This document shows, piece by piece, positions 1 through 11,370 of a DNA stretch of 64,000 nucleotides. Where the stretch lies: NCBI GenBank assembly GCA_977017645.1, contig OZ360233.1, positions 25,296,001 to 25,360,000 on the forward strand, written 5' to 3'. Below the pieces are notes generated by a model. The model saw only the letters and a list, made by a program, of their open reading frames with translations, was not told the DNA's origin and searched no databases. A program made the translations under genes and the position numbers. The stretch is from Torpedo marmorata (Eukaryota). Each line of letters begins with the position of its first letter. Positions within the stretch are counted from its first letter, which is position 1.

Positions 1-345
1 TGGAGTCCAGAAGAATGGGATGAATTGATTAGAACATCTAAAATTCAGAAGGATATTGGCAGGGTGGATGTGAAGAGGATGATTCCTCTTGTGGGAGAAT
101 CGGGAACTAGGGATCACTGCTTAAAAGTAAAGGGTTGCCAAATTAAAACAGAGATCAGGTCTTTGGAACGGTATCCTTCCAGGACGGTGGAAGCACAGTC
201 TTTGGATATTTGTGAAGGCAGAGGGGGATTGATTCCTGAAAAGCAAGGGATGAAAAGTTATTGAGGGCAGGTGGGAATGTGGAGTTGAGGTTAGAGTGAG
301 ATCAGCCGTGATCCCATAGATGGCAGAGCAAGCTCAAGGGGCAAA
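1..345 (+). mobile_element. Degenerate CR1-type LINE 3' fragment
   Basis: Translation GRVDVKRMIPLVGESGTRDHCLKVKG resembles the CR1 ORF2 C-terminus in the better-preserved copies in this window; boundaries approximate. Confidence 0.65.
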
Positions 346-808
346 GTGTTCAACTCATTCTCCCAACCTGGGCAACAACGTCAGAGAGCCAGCAAAAAAT
401 GTGATGGGAATTTGAAGAAAGCTTGTCCCCAAACATGGTGAGATTGAGGAACTCACTGCTACAGGAGATGGCTGAAGTGAATGATAGAGATGTATTTGAG
501 GGGTGACTAACAGGGTGTGAAGGAGAAGGGAAGAGAGAGGTGCACCAACAGATAACACAACAGGAGTTAGTGTGGGCTGTGAGCAAGTATGCAGCAAGGT
601 TTCATGTCTCAGAGACTAAAACTAAATGGGTCCAGACACAGGAGATGGAATTTCATGTGGAAAATGTGAGCTCATCCACTTTGGTAACAAAAACACAAAA
701 CCAGAGTATTGTTTACAAAGTGAGAGAATGAAAGGTCAGAGGGATCTGGGTGCCCTTGCACAAGAATCAATGAAGTTAACATGCAGGTGAGACAAGCACT
801 TGGGAAGC

Positions 809-2887
809 CACAGAACCATAGAACATTACAGCACAGAAGCAGGCCTCTTCGGCCCTTCTAGTCTGTGCTGAACCATTGTTTTTGCCTAGTCCCACTGACC
901 TGCACCCAGTCCATAGCCCTCCATACCTCTCCCATCCATGTACCTGTCCAAATTCCTCTTAAAAGTTAAAATTGAGCCCACATTCACCACTGCAGCTGGA
1001 AGCTTGTTCCACACCCCCACCACTCTCTGTGTTAAAAAGTTCCCCCTCACGTTCCCCCTAAACTTTTCCCCTTTCACTCTTAACCCATGTCCTCTAGTTT
1101 GTATCTCACCTACCCTCAGTGGAAAAAGCCTATCTACATTTACTCTGTCTATCCCCCTCATAATTTTAAATATCTCTATCAAATCTCCCCTCATTCTTCT
1201 ACGCTCCAGGGAATAAAGTCCTAACCTGTTTCACCTTTCCCTGTAACTCAGTTACTGAAGTCCGGGCAACATCCTAGTAAATCTTCTCTGCACTCTTTCT
1301 ATCTTATTGATATCTTTCCTGTAGTTAGGTGACCAAAACTGCAGACAATACTCCAAATTTGGCCTCACCAATGTCTTATACAACTTTAACATAACATCCC
1401 AACTCCTATACTCAATACTTTGATTTCTGAAGGCCAATATGCCAAAAGCTCTCTTTACAACCCTATCCACGTGTGATGCCACTTTCAGGGAATTATGTAT
1501 CTGTATTCCCAGATCCCTCTGTTCTACCGCACTTCTCAGTGCCCCACCATTTACCATGTATGTCCTTTCTTGGTTTGTCCTTCCAAAATGCAACACCTCA
1601 CACTTGTCTGCATTAAATTCCATCTGCTATTTTTCAGCCCATTTTTCCAGCAGGTCCAGATCCCTCTGCAAGCTTTGAAAACCTTCTTTGCTGTCCACAA
1701 CACCTCCAATCTTAGTGTCATCTGCAAACTTGCTGATCTAATTTACCACATTATCATCCAGATCATTGATATAGATGACAAACAACAATGGTCCCAGCAC
1801 TGATCTCTGAGGCACACCACCAGTCACAGGCCTCCAGTCTGAGAAGCAATCATCCACCACCACTCTCTGGCTTCTCCCATCCAGCCATTGTCGAATCCAG
1901 TTCACTACTTCACCATGAATACGTAGAGTCTGAACCTTCCTGACTAATCTCCCATGCGGGACCTTGTCAAAGTCCTTACTAAAGTCCATGTCGACAACAT
2001 CCACAGCCTTTCCTGGAAACCTCCTCGAAAAACTCTATAAGATTGGTTGAACACGACCTACCACGCACAAAGCCATGTTGACTATCCCTAATCAGTCTAT
2101 GGCTATCCAAATAATTGTATATCCGATCTCTTAGAACTCCTTCCAATAATTTACCTACTACTGACATCAGGCTCACCGGCCTATAATTTCCAGGGTTACT
2201 TTTGGAGCCTTTTTTAAACAATGGAACAACGTGAGCTACCCTTCAATCCTCTGGCACCACACCCGTGGCTAAGGACATTTTAAATATTTCTGCCAGAGCC
2301 CCTGCAATTTCTACCCTTGCCTCCCTCAAGTTCCGAGGGAATATCTTGTCAGGCCCTGGGGATTTATCCACCCTTATTTTCTTTAAGACGGCAAGCACTT
2401 CCTCCTCTTTAATCTGTATAGGTTCCATGACCTCACTGCTTGCTTTCCTTACTTCCAACGACTCTGTGCCCTTTTCCTGAGTGAATACTGATGAAAAAAA
2501 TAAACATTTAAGACCTTTCCTATCTCTTTTGGCTCCATAAAAAGCCGACCACTCTGATCTTCAAGCGGACCAATTTTGTTCCTTACTATCCTTTTGCTCT
2601 TAATATACCTGTAGAAACCCTTAGGATTTTCCTTCACATTGTCTGCCAAAGCAACCTCATGTCTTCTTTTAGCCTTCCTGATTTCTTTCTTGAGGTTCAT
2701 CTTGAATTTTTTGTACTCCTCAAATACCTCATTTGCTCCATGTTGCCTATACCTGTTATACACCTCTCTCTTCCTCTGAACCAGATCCCCAATATCCCTC
2801 GAAAACCAAGGTTCCCTATGCCTTCTAACCTTGCCTTTGATCCTGACAGGAACATACAAACTCTGTACTCTCAAAATTTCACCTTTG
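809..2887 (-). mobile_element. CR1 LINE, 5'-truncated and frameshifted ORF2 (RT), nested in an older + strand CR1 (about 732-808 and 2888-3480)
   Basis: Minus ORFs with [49 protein letters not shown]; short tandem-repeat tail near 809-830; host CR1 resumes at about 2888. Confidence 0.9.
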
Positions 2888-4164
2888 AAGGTGAAGCCAA
2901 TGATATGTTGGTCTTTATTGGAAGAGGATTTGAGTAGAGGAGCAGAGGAAAGTTGCTCCAATTATAGAGAGCCCTTCTGAGACTATACAGTATTTGGAAT
3001 AATAAGTACAGCTCTGAAGGAAGGATCGACGTGATTGAGGGAGTGCAGGGATTGATTTCTGGGATGTGGGCTTGTTGCATGTTAGGCATGAAGCAGGCTG
3101 CATCTCTGCTCTCCACAGTTTGGAACAGCAATGTGTGACCTCATTAAAATATCTGATATTGGTGAGGGTGGATGTTGAGGTGATGTTTCTGCTGGTGGGG
3201 TGTCTGGAACCAAGGGTTACAGTCACATAGTTCTATCACTGAACACCAAGAGGAGGAGAATGTCCTCACCCAGAGTGGAGTGAATCTGTGGAATTCTGGA
3301 CCCAGAGGGCAGTGTAGGCTCAGTCCCCGAGACCATTTAAGGCAGCGATCAATAGACTTCGAGACATGAATAGTTCAAGAGATGTGGGTTTAATGCATAG
3401 AAATGGCACTGAGGTAAAATGTGAACAATGATCTCACTGAATGATGGAGAGGGTGTGTGGGGCTGAATGGGCTCCTCCTCTCTCTGTCTCTCGTGTTCTT
3501 ATATTTCCCACTGCCCTGGATCGACTGGTTCCACAGTGAGTCCTCAGGTTGTAACAGGGAGTTGTCCTGGGGTCCTCTGCCAACACGTGTGGTTTCTGCC
3601 TGCATCAATTTCACCTTCGTCAGTGGGATCACTGTCAGTTTGTGTCAATGGCAGTGGGTTGAGGTCCCACTCCAGTGACTGGATCCCCTGCTGCAGTCTG
3701 GCCCTCCCAGCACAGGACTGAGGGAGGTGCTGCCCTTCCGAGGAAGCATTGAACCGAGGGCATGTCTGTCATGTGAGGTGGATGTGAAGGGTTCAGGAAA
3801 TTCTCCGTCATCCGCGCCAACGTTGATCCCTCAACCAACATCACTGAAACAGCATGTCTGCTCTCTTTATTTCATTGATGTTCAGGGAACTTGCTCTTTG
3901 CAACTCCGAGTCCCAAATTTCCTCCGAGACAACAGTGTCTCCACTTCAAAAAGTACTTTGCTGTCTGTAAACAAGCCCTGGTTTAACAGAACAGTACAGC
4001 ACAGTACAGGCCCTTTTCCCAACCTCACATCCATAATCCTCAATTTTTATTACATCCATTTGCCTTTCCAAGAGTCTTTCAAATGTCCTGATTGTACCAG
4101 CCTCCATTACAGGCACCCACCACTCCCTGTGTAAAAAAACATGCCCCTGATGTCTCCCCTAAAC

Positions 4165-5190
4165 TTTCCTCTCTCTCAGGGGGATATTTGCACACTGAAC
4201 GGTGCATCTCAGTCCCTGTCTCTCAGGGGGATATTCATACACTCACTGGCATCTCTCATTTTCTCTCTTTCAGGGGGATATCTGTACACTGACCAATGTT
4301 TCTCATTTTCTCTCTTTCAGGGGGATATCTATACAGTCCCTCTCTCTCAGGACGATATCTGTACACTGACTAGTGTGTCTCAGCTTCTCTCTCAGGAGGA
4401 TATTTGTACACCTTGAAGAAGGGCTCAGGCCCGAAACGTCCGTTATATATCTTTACCTCATACGGACACTGCGAGACCTGCTGAGTTCCTCCAGCATTTC
4501 TCTGTTTATACTACAATCACAGTGGCTGCCCACTTTCGTGTTTCACTCGAGATTTGTACACTGGTGTCTCCGTGTCCCTCTCCCTCAGGAGGATATAAGT
4601 ACACTGACCGGTATCTCTCAGTCCCTCGCTCTCTCAAAGGGGTTTTCTGTGCACTGACCAGTGTCTCTCAGTTCTCCTCTCAGGAGGATATCTGTCCACT
4701 TACCAGTGTTTCTCAGTCCCTCTCTCAGCGGGATATCTGATCACTGACCAGTGTCTATTACTTTGATGAAGGGCTCAAGCCAGAAACGTCGGTTATGTAT
4801 TTCTACCTTTGCCACATAAAAGGCACTGTTTGACCTGCTGAGTTTCTCCAGCATTTGTGTTTTTTACTTCAACCACAGTGTCTACAGATTTTCGTGATTT
4901 ACTAGTGTCTTTCAGTCGCTCTCCAGGGGGGATATCTGAACACTGACCAGTGTCTCTCAGGGGGATATCTGTGCACTGACTGGTGTCTCTCAGTACCCCT
5001 CTCAGGGGGATATCTGTACACTGACCAGTGTCTCTCAGTACCCCTCTCAGGGGGATATCTGTACACTGACCAGTGTCGCACAGTACCTCTCTCAGGGGGA
5101 TATCTGTACACTGACCAGTGTCTCTCAGTCCCTCTCTCAGGGGTATATCTGTACACTGAGTGGTGTTTCTCAGTACCCCTCTCACGGGGA
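4165..5190. repeat. Tandem array of about 39-bp units (ctctcagggggatatctgtacactgaccagtgtctctcagtacc-like) upstream of the V promoter, interrupted by two short repeats
   Basis: Unit visible repeatedly, cleanest at 4920-5190; repetitive ORF (DTGQCTDIPLR)n. Confidence 0.9.
4412..4548 (+). mobile_element. Short interspersed repeat, probably a Penelope-type terminal fragment; related copies at about 4762-4900, 7101-7240, 7963-8088, 44568-44710
   Basis: Shared motif gaagggctcaggcccgaaacgtc...gacctgctgagttcctccagca; the 7963-8088 copy is flanked by the 14-bp direct repeat tgaacgcagaggat. The family name is inference. Confidence 0.6.
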
Positions 5191-5300
5191 TATGAGTGAA
5201 TTGAAAAGTGTGATAGATCTTTAATCCGGATCTTATCATGACCGCTGACCTGCCGCCTGTTGCAGAGACAAACGTCTTTTGGGGAATTGAAATCTCTGCT

Positions 5301-5398
5301 GGGGGCGGGGACAGGAAGCAGCGCCTCTGGTTTCAGTGGGTGGGAGCCTGTTCAAGCCGCGGCTCCCTCTCTCCCTCTCTCCCTCTTCCCTATTTAAA
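5301..5398 (+). promoter_or_regulatory. Putative V promoter: GC box, Ets-like ACAGGAAG, TATA-like TATTTAAA
   Basis: gggggcgggg 5301-5310, acaggaag 5311-5318, tatttaaa 5391-5398, about 90 bp before the leader ATG in a CpG-rich segment; no ATGCAAAT octamer seen. Confidence 0.5.
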
Positions 5399-5486
5399 CA
5401 GCGCTCACTGCGGCTCCCGACAAAGCCGGTCTGAGCTGAAGCCGCCGATCTGTGGAGTGTCCAAGTCTGGATCAGTGCGCGGGACG

Positions 5487-5532
5487 ATGGGGATCGCTCC
5501 TTATCTCTTTCTCTTTCTGTCCTGTCTGGCAG
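5487..5532 (+). CDS. IgW: IgW heavy chain leader exon (MGIAPYLFLFLSCLA)
   Basis: ATG, hydrophobic signal peptide, phase-1 donor GCAG|gtgggt. Confidence 0.93.
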
Positions 5533-5650
5533 GTGGGTGCCCCCGTGTCTTTACCCCGCCCGCCCGGGGCCGGCTGCTTCTCGGAGACTCTTTGACTCTC
5601 TCCCCGTTGAACCGTTCATTAAAGTCCGCTCTTTTCTCTTTTACTGACAG

Positions 5651-5948
5651 GCGTGCGGTCCGACGTCGTGCTGACACAGCCCGCGTCAGTGGTGAAAAAG
5701 CCCGGGGAGTCCCACAAACTGACCTGTGAGACCAGTGGGTTCAGTCTCAGCAGCTACTACATGCACTGGGTTAAACAGGTCTCCGGGAAAGGGCTGGAAT
5801 GGTTGGTGGCGTATTATTCCGAAAGTTACAAGTATTACGCGCCTGGAATCCAAAACCGATTCACCGCTTCCAAGGGCAGCACCACGGTCAACCTTCAAAT
5901 CAACAGCCTGAGTGTGGGGGACACGGCCACCTATTACTGTGCGAGAGA
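5651..5948 (+). CDS. IgW: IgW VH exon (GVRS DVVLTQPASVVKKPGESHKLTC...WVKQ...DTATYYCAR), unrearranged
   Basis: Acceptor ctgacag|, open frame, both canonical Cys, FR2 Trp, YYCAR; FR1 and short FR3 as recalled for elasmobranch IgW V. Confidence 0.95.
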
Positions 5949-5987
5949 CACAGTGAGAGGAACCAGGGCTGGGCCGCTGCAAAAACC
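5949..5987 (+). promoter_or_regulatory. V recombination signal sequence, 23-bp spacer
   Basis: cacagtg 5949-5955, 23 nt, gcaaaaacc 5979-5987. Confidence 0.95.
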
Positions 5988-6339
5988 CAGCGAGAGCGCC
6001 TGCCCTCAGGGCGCTGAGTGAGAGGGCAGCAGTGATCACCACAGTGATTCCCGGCCTTGCTGTGCCGCCGTCGGCCCTCCCTGGAATAGGAGGCGAGTGG
6101 TCCGCCGGAATTGCCGGGAAGAGAAGGCGGAAGGACCGAGGGGATCACCGGATCGATTCACAGAGCAGGTCGGAGCCAAGCGCCGTGGATGGGACTGGAG
6201 TCACGGAACCAGGAGCACGAAGCTGTGGCCCGTCCCAGGACACACAAAGCTGTGGATGGGAGAGGATCTGTGAGCCGGGGCAGTGTCGGTGCGGTTTAAG
6301 TGAGGAGTGAGTGGGATCGGAGACAGTGAGAGGGGCGGA

Positions 6340-6367
6340 GGTTGTTGTACGGCGGTGTGTCACAGTG
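6340..6367 (-). promoter_or_regulatory. RSS with 12-bp spacer, 5' of the D(J) segment
   Basis: ggttgttgt 6340-6348, 12 nt, cacagtg 6361-6367 (CACTGTG on the minus strand, CAC intact). Confidence 0.9.
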
Positions 6368-6433
6368 ACTATACTGGGTATATTTACTATCTCGACTACT
6401 GGGGGAAAGGAACCTCGCTGACAGTGACTTCAG
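6368..6433 (+). CDS. IgW: Pre-joined D-J segment (YTGYIYYLDYWGKGTSLTVTS)
   Basis: D-like actatactgggtat runs directly into a J with WGxG and donor tcag|gtaag; no intervening RSS. Confidence 0.88.
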
Positions 6434-8446
6434 GTAAGACCCAACTTCTCCATTCCACCCTTCCCCAATTTGTATTTTATTAATTTGCGGTTTGAGCGAA
6501 TCGGTGATTCACCTGAGACCAGTGAGATATTTGGAGCAATTACTTGAATCTCCCCGAGACGGACGGATTCTCCAGAGTGACTGGGATCGGGTTTTCCTGT
6601 CGGCTGCTTTCTTGGTTATAACCGTTAGATTAAGACATGGCTGAGGGAACGGTCCGCAAATGTGTGATCCGGTTAAAGTGTGAATAACCCCAGGGTACAA
6701 GTGGAGGTCAGTCCAGTCCTGTCATGTCCGGTGTGAGGCCCGTCCCAGGACACACAAAGTATTGGGCAGCCCCGGCTGCAGAGAGAATATCCCAGGATTA
6801 AATGATGGGATGAGAGTTTTATTCTCTGATGGGTGGGGAGGTGGGGTAACGGTGGGAAGAATGTTGTCCTTGAGAAAGCAGCGGGAGGGAGCGGTGCAGG
6901 GAAGGAGAGGCAGGAAATTGAACACAAAATTCCTTCATAGGTTCCAGGCTGCTTTGTATTGGTGGGTGGGGGAGGTGGGTGAGGTGTAAATATTCAGTCA
7001 ATGGTCGGTCATCGTGGAGGGTTTATGGGAACTTTTGTTGACGCAGCAATTGTGTGATCTGGATCACACTGACTGCAAGGTGGGAGTAGGTTATGTACAG
7101 GAGTGAAACACGAAGGTCTGCAGATGCTGTGATTATAGTAAATACGCACAGAAAGGCTGGAGGAACTCAGCCGGTCTCGCAGCGTCAATAGGAGGTAACG
7201 ATATTTTACCGACGTTTGGTGTCTGAGCCCTTCTTCAAGGGAAAGCAAAAAAACAGGAAGGCATCGGAATGAAGACTGGAGACTGGAGAGAGAAAGGGGG
7301 AAGGATGGGAGGGGGAGGAGTCCAGACCGAAATGTGTTAGTTGGATATAAGAGGAAAGGTGAGAATTGATATTGGCTCTGTGGAAGGAGACGGGGGAAAG
7401 GGAAGAGAGAGAGAGACAGAACTGGGGGAAAGGCAACAGGGGGAAGAAGTAGTGGGGGTGGAGGTGGGGGGTTTAACCGAAACCGGAGATAACAGTAAAG
7501 AATGAACAGCAGAGATCCTCCTTTCGTCTGGATACGGGGAAAAGCAGTTGGAGCAATGTTTGACTATTCAATTGAGTAATTCGCTCAGTTGAATGGCAAG
7601 CACTGACACAGTTGATGAATAGTCTCGATCTGTGCGCAGTCATTCAATGGAACTATTTATTTTATAAATCCAGAAAACACTCACTCAAAGATATCCCATG
7701 AAATAACCCAGGGCATTCAGAGCCTGAGTTAAACGCAGAATTAAGCTCCCCCTGCACTGTCCTGTCAGTGACGGATCAGATATAAAGTTCCTTTTGAACT
7801 TTCTTCACACTCCCAGAGCACGGGTTTGACACTGGGTGAAGTTCCCTCCACAGTCTCCTGTTATACCCTCCAGAACATTGACGGAAACTGAGACATGGAA
7901 TACAACTCTCCATGTTGTTCTGTCCAACACTCCCAGGGTAAATGCGACTGAACGCAGAGGATAGTAAATCACGAAAATCTGTAGACACCGTGGTTGAAGT
8001 AAAAAACACAAATGCTGGAGAAACTCAGCAGGTCAAACAGTGTCTTTTATGTAGCAAAGGTAGAAATAGATAACCGACGTTTCGGGCTTGAACGCAGAGG
8101 ATTCTTTGGATTGGAAAACAAATTGATGCCGTTTGATGTCGAAAGTTCTCAACAATGAATCGTTTGCACAGTGAGAAAATGTTACTGAATATCCGGTCGA
8201 GATGTGATTTTCAGCAGGACAGATTTCCTTTGTCTTTTCTCTTGAATTGCAATATTTAGAGATGGTCCAGAACTCAAAGCATTTCATTCTACATTGTGTA
8301 TGAACATGGCTCAGAGTTTAGAGTTAATCTGCCTGACTTTTCTGATGTTCTTTCCACTTCCTGAGATCAGGCCAAGTCCAAACCGAGCTGCTGATTCCCA
8401 CATCCCCAGGTTATTCTTTTGGAAAATCCAGCACTCTGTTGTCAAA

Positions 8447-9040
8447 CCCCACTCCACCGCAGCACCGTGCTGCCCATCCAGAAAATCTCCACTCCACCCC
8501 AGCACCCTACTGTCCCACCCAGAAAATCTCCCCTCCACCCAGCACCCTGCTGTCCTACCCAGAAAATCTCCCCTCCACCCCAGCACCCTACTGTCCCACC
8601 CAGAAAATCTCCACTCCACCCCAGCACCCTGCTGTCCCACCCAGAAAATCTCCCCTCCACCCAGCACCCTGCTGTCCCACCCAGAAAATCTCCCCTCCAC
8701 CCAGCACCCTGCTGTCCCACCCAGAAAATCTCCCCTCCACCCCAGCACCCTGCTGTCCCACCCAGCTCCTGTCATCTCCACCCCAGCACCCTGCTGACCC
8801 ACCCAGCTCCTCTCCCCTCTCCACCCCAGCATCCTGCTGACCCACCCAGCTCCTCTCCCCTCTCCACCCCAGCACCCTGCTGACCCACCCAACTCCTCTC
8901 CCCTCTCCATCCCAGCACCCTGCTGTCCCACCCAGCTCCTATCCCCTCTCCACTCCAGCACCCTGCTGTCCCACCCAGCTCCTCTCCCCTCTCCACCCCA
9001 GCACCCTGCTGTCCCACCCAGCTCCCTTCCCCTCTGCACC
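8447..9040. repeat. Minisatellite of 33-35-bp units (ccacccagcaccctgctgtcccacccagaaaatctccc and ...agctcctctcccct variants), C-rich on +
   Basis: About 17 consecutive units directly visible, in the J-CH1 intron. Confidence 0.95.
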
Positions 9041-10164
9041 TGACTCCCTGCTGACAGTTTGATGTGTTTTCCAAGTTCACCTCTTGACCACCATTAGGAA
9101 CACTGATCCAAATTGAACTGCACTTACCATCTGCAGGTCCTGGGATGTAAAAGATCCTCGGATGTAAATCCCACCGACTGACGTTGTGCCTCTTTCACTG
9201 GAGACACTCGGCAGCTCTCGGAGCCTCTGTGGGGAGAGACACAGAGGTTATGTTTCACATCAATGGCCTTTCATCAAACTCCTTCAGTCAGATTTTTGAC
9301 ACCCAGGCTCTTCATTTTTATTTGGATCCTTTTATTTTGTGGAAGCTGATTTGTGTTTTTCATTTACTTTCAAATCCCCAAAACATCCCAAACTATTCCC
9401 CAGCCCATGAGGTGCAGACACGTTGTACACAACTTGTCTGCAGCTTGATCCCACAAAAGGAACCAGGAAAAAGTCCAGTCAGTCTGCTTTAGTGATGTTG
9501 GGAGGGACCACAGTCCCCAAAGCTCTCCTCCCCTGGGGACTCCTCAGCTGAAGACTGACTCTGCTGTGGAATAATGGACAGACATTGATTGGTTGGAGGG
9601 CATCCAGATGATCCCAGGGCTGACATCAATGAAGAGCAGTGAGGTTCCTCAGGTTGGAGCTGATCATCCTTTACTTGAATTGCTGAGTCCTCAGGAAACT
9701 GAGGATCCCCTGGATCAGACAGTGCTGGCAGTGAGTGGCAGTTCCAAAGGGAACCAACAGTGTACAGCCACTTGTACTGCAGTCAGTCCTGGACGTGGAC
9801 AGACCCACTGTACAGGGTTCACTGAGTGGTAGATGCCACTGGGCCATTCACCACACTCCACCACGTGGAGCTGGGCCTTGCTGGACAACCCAGGATTACA
9901 CCAGGGATCCCAACACAATTATTCCCTACCAGGCTGGGCGTGGGAAAAGCCCACAGTCCCCATTCATCTGGGAACTCTCGGCCTGCAGAGCAGGGAAGAT
10001 CATGAGCGATGAAGGATTTCTGGGTACGTTTTGTGGTTTTAATGCACTGTAGATTGCTTATTTTAAACAAAAACTTTCTAAAGTACCTTTTGTGGCTGAA
10101 TTCACGTCAGTTTTAATGTTTCGGACTCATTTCAAATTTGTTATGTTACATGACATGCAACAAA

Positions 10165-11370
10165 AGAACTTGATGAGGGTAGGGTGGTAGATGGGGTCTA
10201 TATGGATTTTAGCAAGGCATTTGACAAGGTCCCCCACGAGTGACTCATCCAGAAAGTCATGAGGCATGGGATCAGTGGAACCTTGGCTGTGTGGATAAAA
10301 AAATTGGCTTGCAGGAAGAAAACAGAGAGTAGTAGTGGATGGAAAGTATTCTGCCTGGAGGTCGGTGACTAGTGGAGTGCCGCAAGGATCTGTTCTGGGA
10401 CCCCTGCTCTTTGTGATTTTTATTAATGACCTGGATGAAGAGGTGGAAGGATGGGTCAGTAAGTTTACGTATGACACGAAGGTTGGAGGAGTTGTGGATG
10501 GAGCTGAAGGTTGTCGAAGTTTACAAGAGGATATAGACAGGGTGCAGATTTGGGCAGAAAAGTGGCAGATGGATTTCAATCCGGATAAGTGTGAGGTGAT
10601 TCATTTTGGAAGGACAAACCAGAAGGCTGAGTACAGGGTTAATGGTTGGTTACTTAGGAGTGTGGATAAACAGAGGAACCTTGGGGTTCAAATCCATACA
10701 TCCCTCAAGGTCGCTGCACAGGTTGATAGGATAGTTAAGAAGGCCTATGGGATGCTGGGCTTCATTAATAGGGGGATTGAGTTCAGGAGTAGAGAGGTCA
10801 TGTTGCAACTCTACAAATCTCTGGTGAGACCACATTTGGAATATTGTGTTCAGTTCTGGTCACCCCATTATAGGAAGGATGTGGAAGCCATGGAGAGGGT
10901 GCAGAGGAGATTTACCAGGATGTTGCCTGGATTGGAAAACAAGTTTTATGAGGCAAGGTTAGCAGAGCTGGGACTTTCCTCTTTGGAGCGTAGAAGGATG
11001 AGAGGAGACTTAATAGAGGTCTACAAAATTATGAGAGGCATAGATAGGGTGGACAGCCAGCACCTGTTTCCTGGGGCAGGAATGGCAAACAACAGAGAAC
11101 ATGTGCACAAAGTTAGGGGAGGTAAGTTTAGGGAAGACATCAGGGGTAAGTTTTTTACACACAGAATTGTGGGTGCCTGGAATGCCTTGCCTGGGATGGT
11201 GGTGGAGGCTGAAACATTAGGGGCATTTAAGAGACTCTTAGACAAGCACATGGATGAAAGAAAAATAGAGGGTTACGGAGTAGGGTGGGTTTAGTACTAT
11301 TTTTTAGGGATATATGGGTCGGCACAACATCGAGGGCTGAAGGGCCTACACTGTGCTGTGGTGTTCTATG
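10165..11370 (+). mobile_element. CR1 LINE 3' part (RT C-terminal half)
   Basis: ORF 10335-11294 with [13 protein letters not shown], mutated FADD (FTYD), RPHLEYC, RGDLIE. Confidence 0.92.

Noticed and set aside
4793-5239. Repetitive 148-aa ORF
   Set aside because: Translation of the tandem array plus a short interspersed repeat; no gene structure
6028-6080. Extra cacagtg heptamer at 6040-6046, possibly a separate tiny D segment
   Set aside because: No nonamer at 12 or 23 bp downstream and no valid upstream RSS
8294-9080. Long overlapping ORFs, or a CRISPR-like array
   Set aside because: By-products of a stop-poor minisatellite; no unique spacers; vertebrate context
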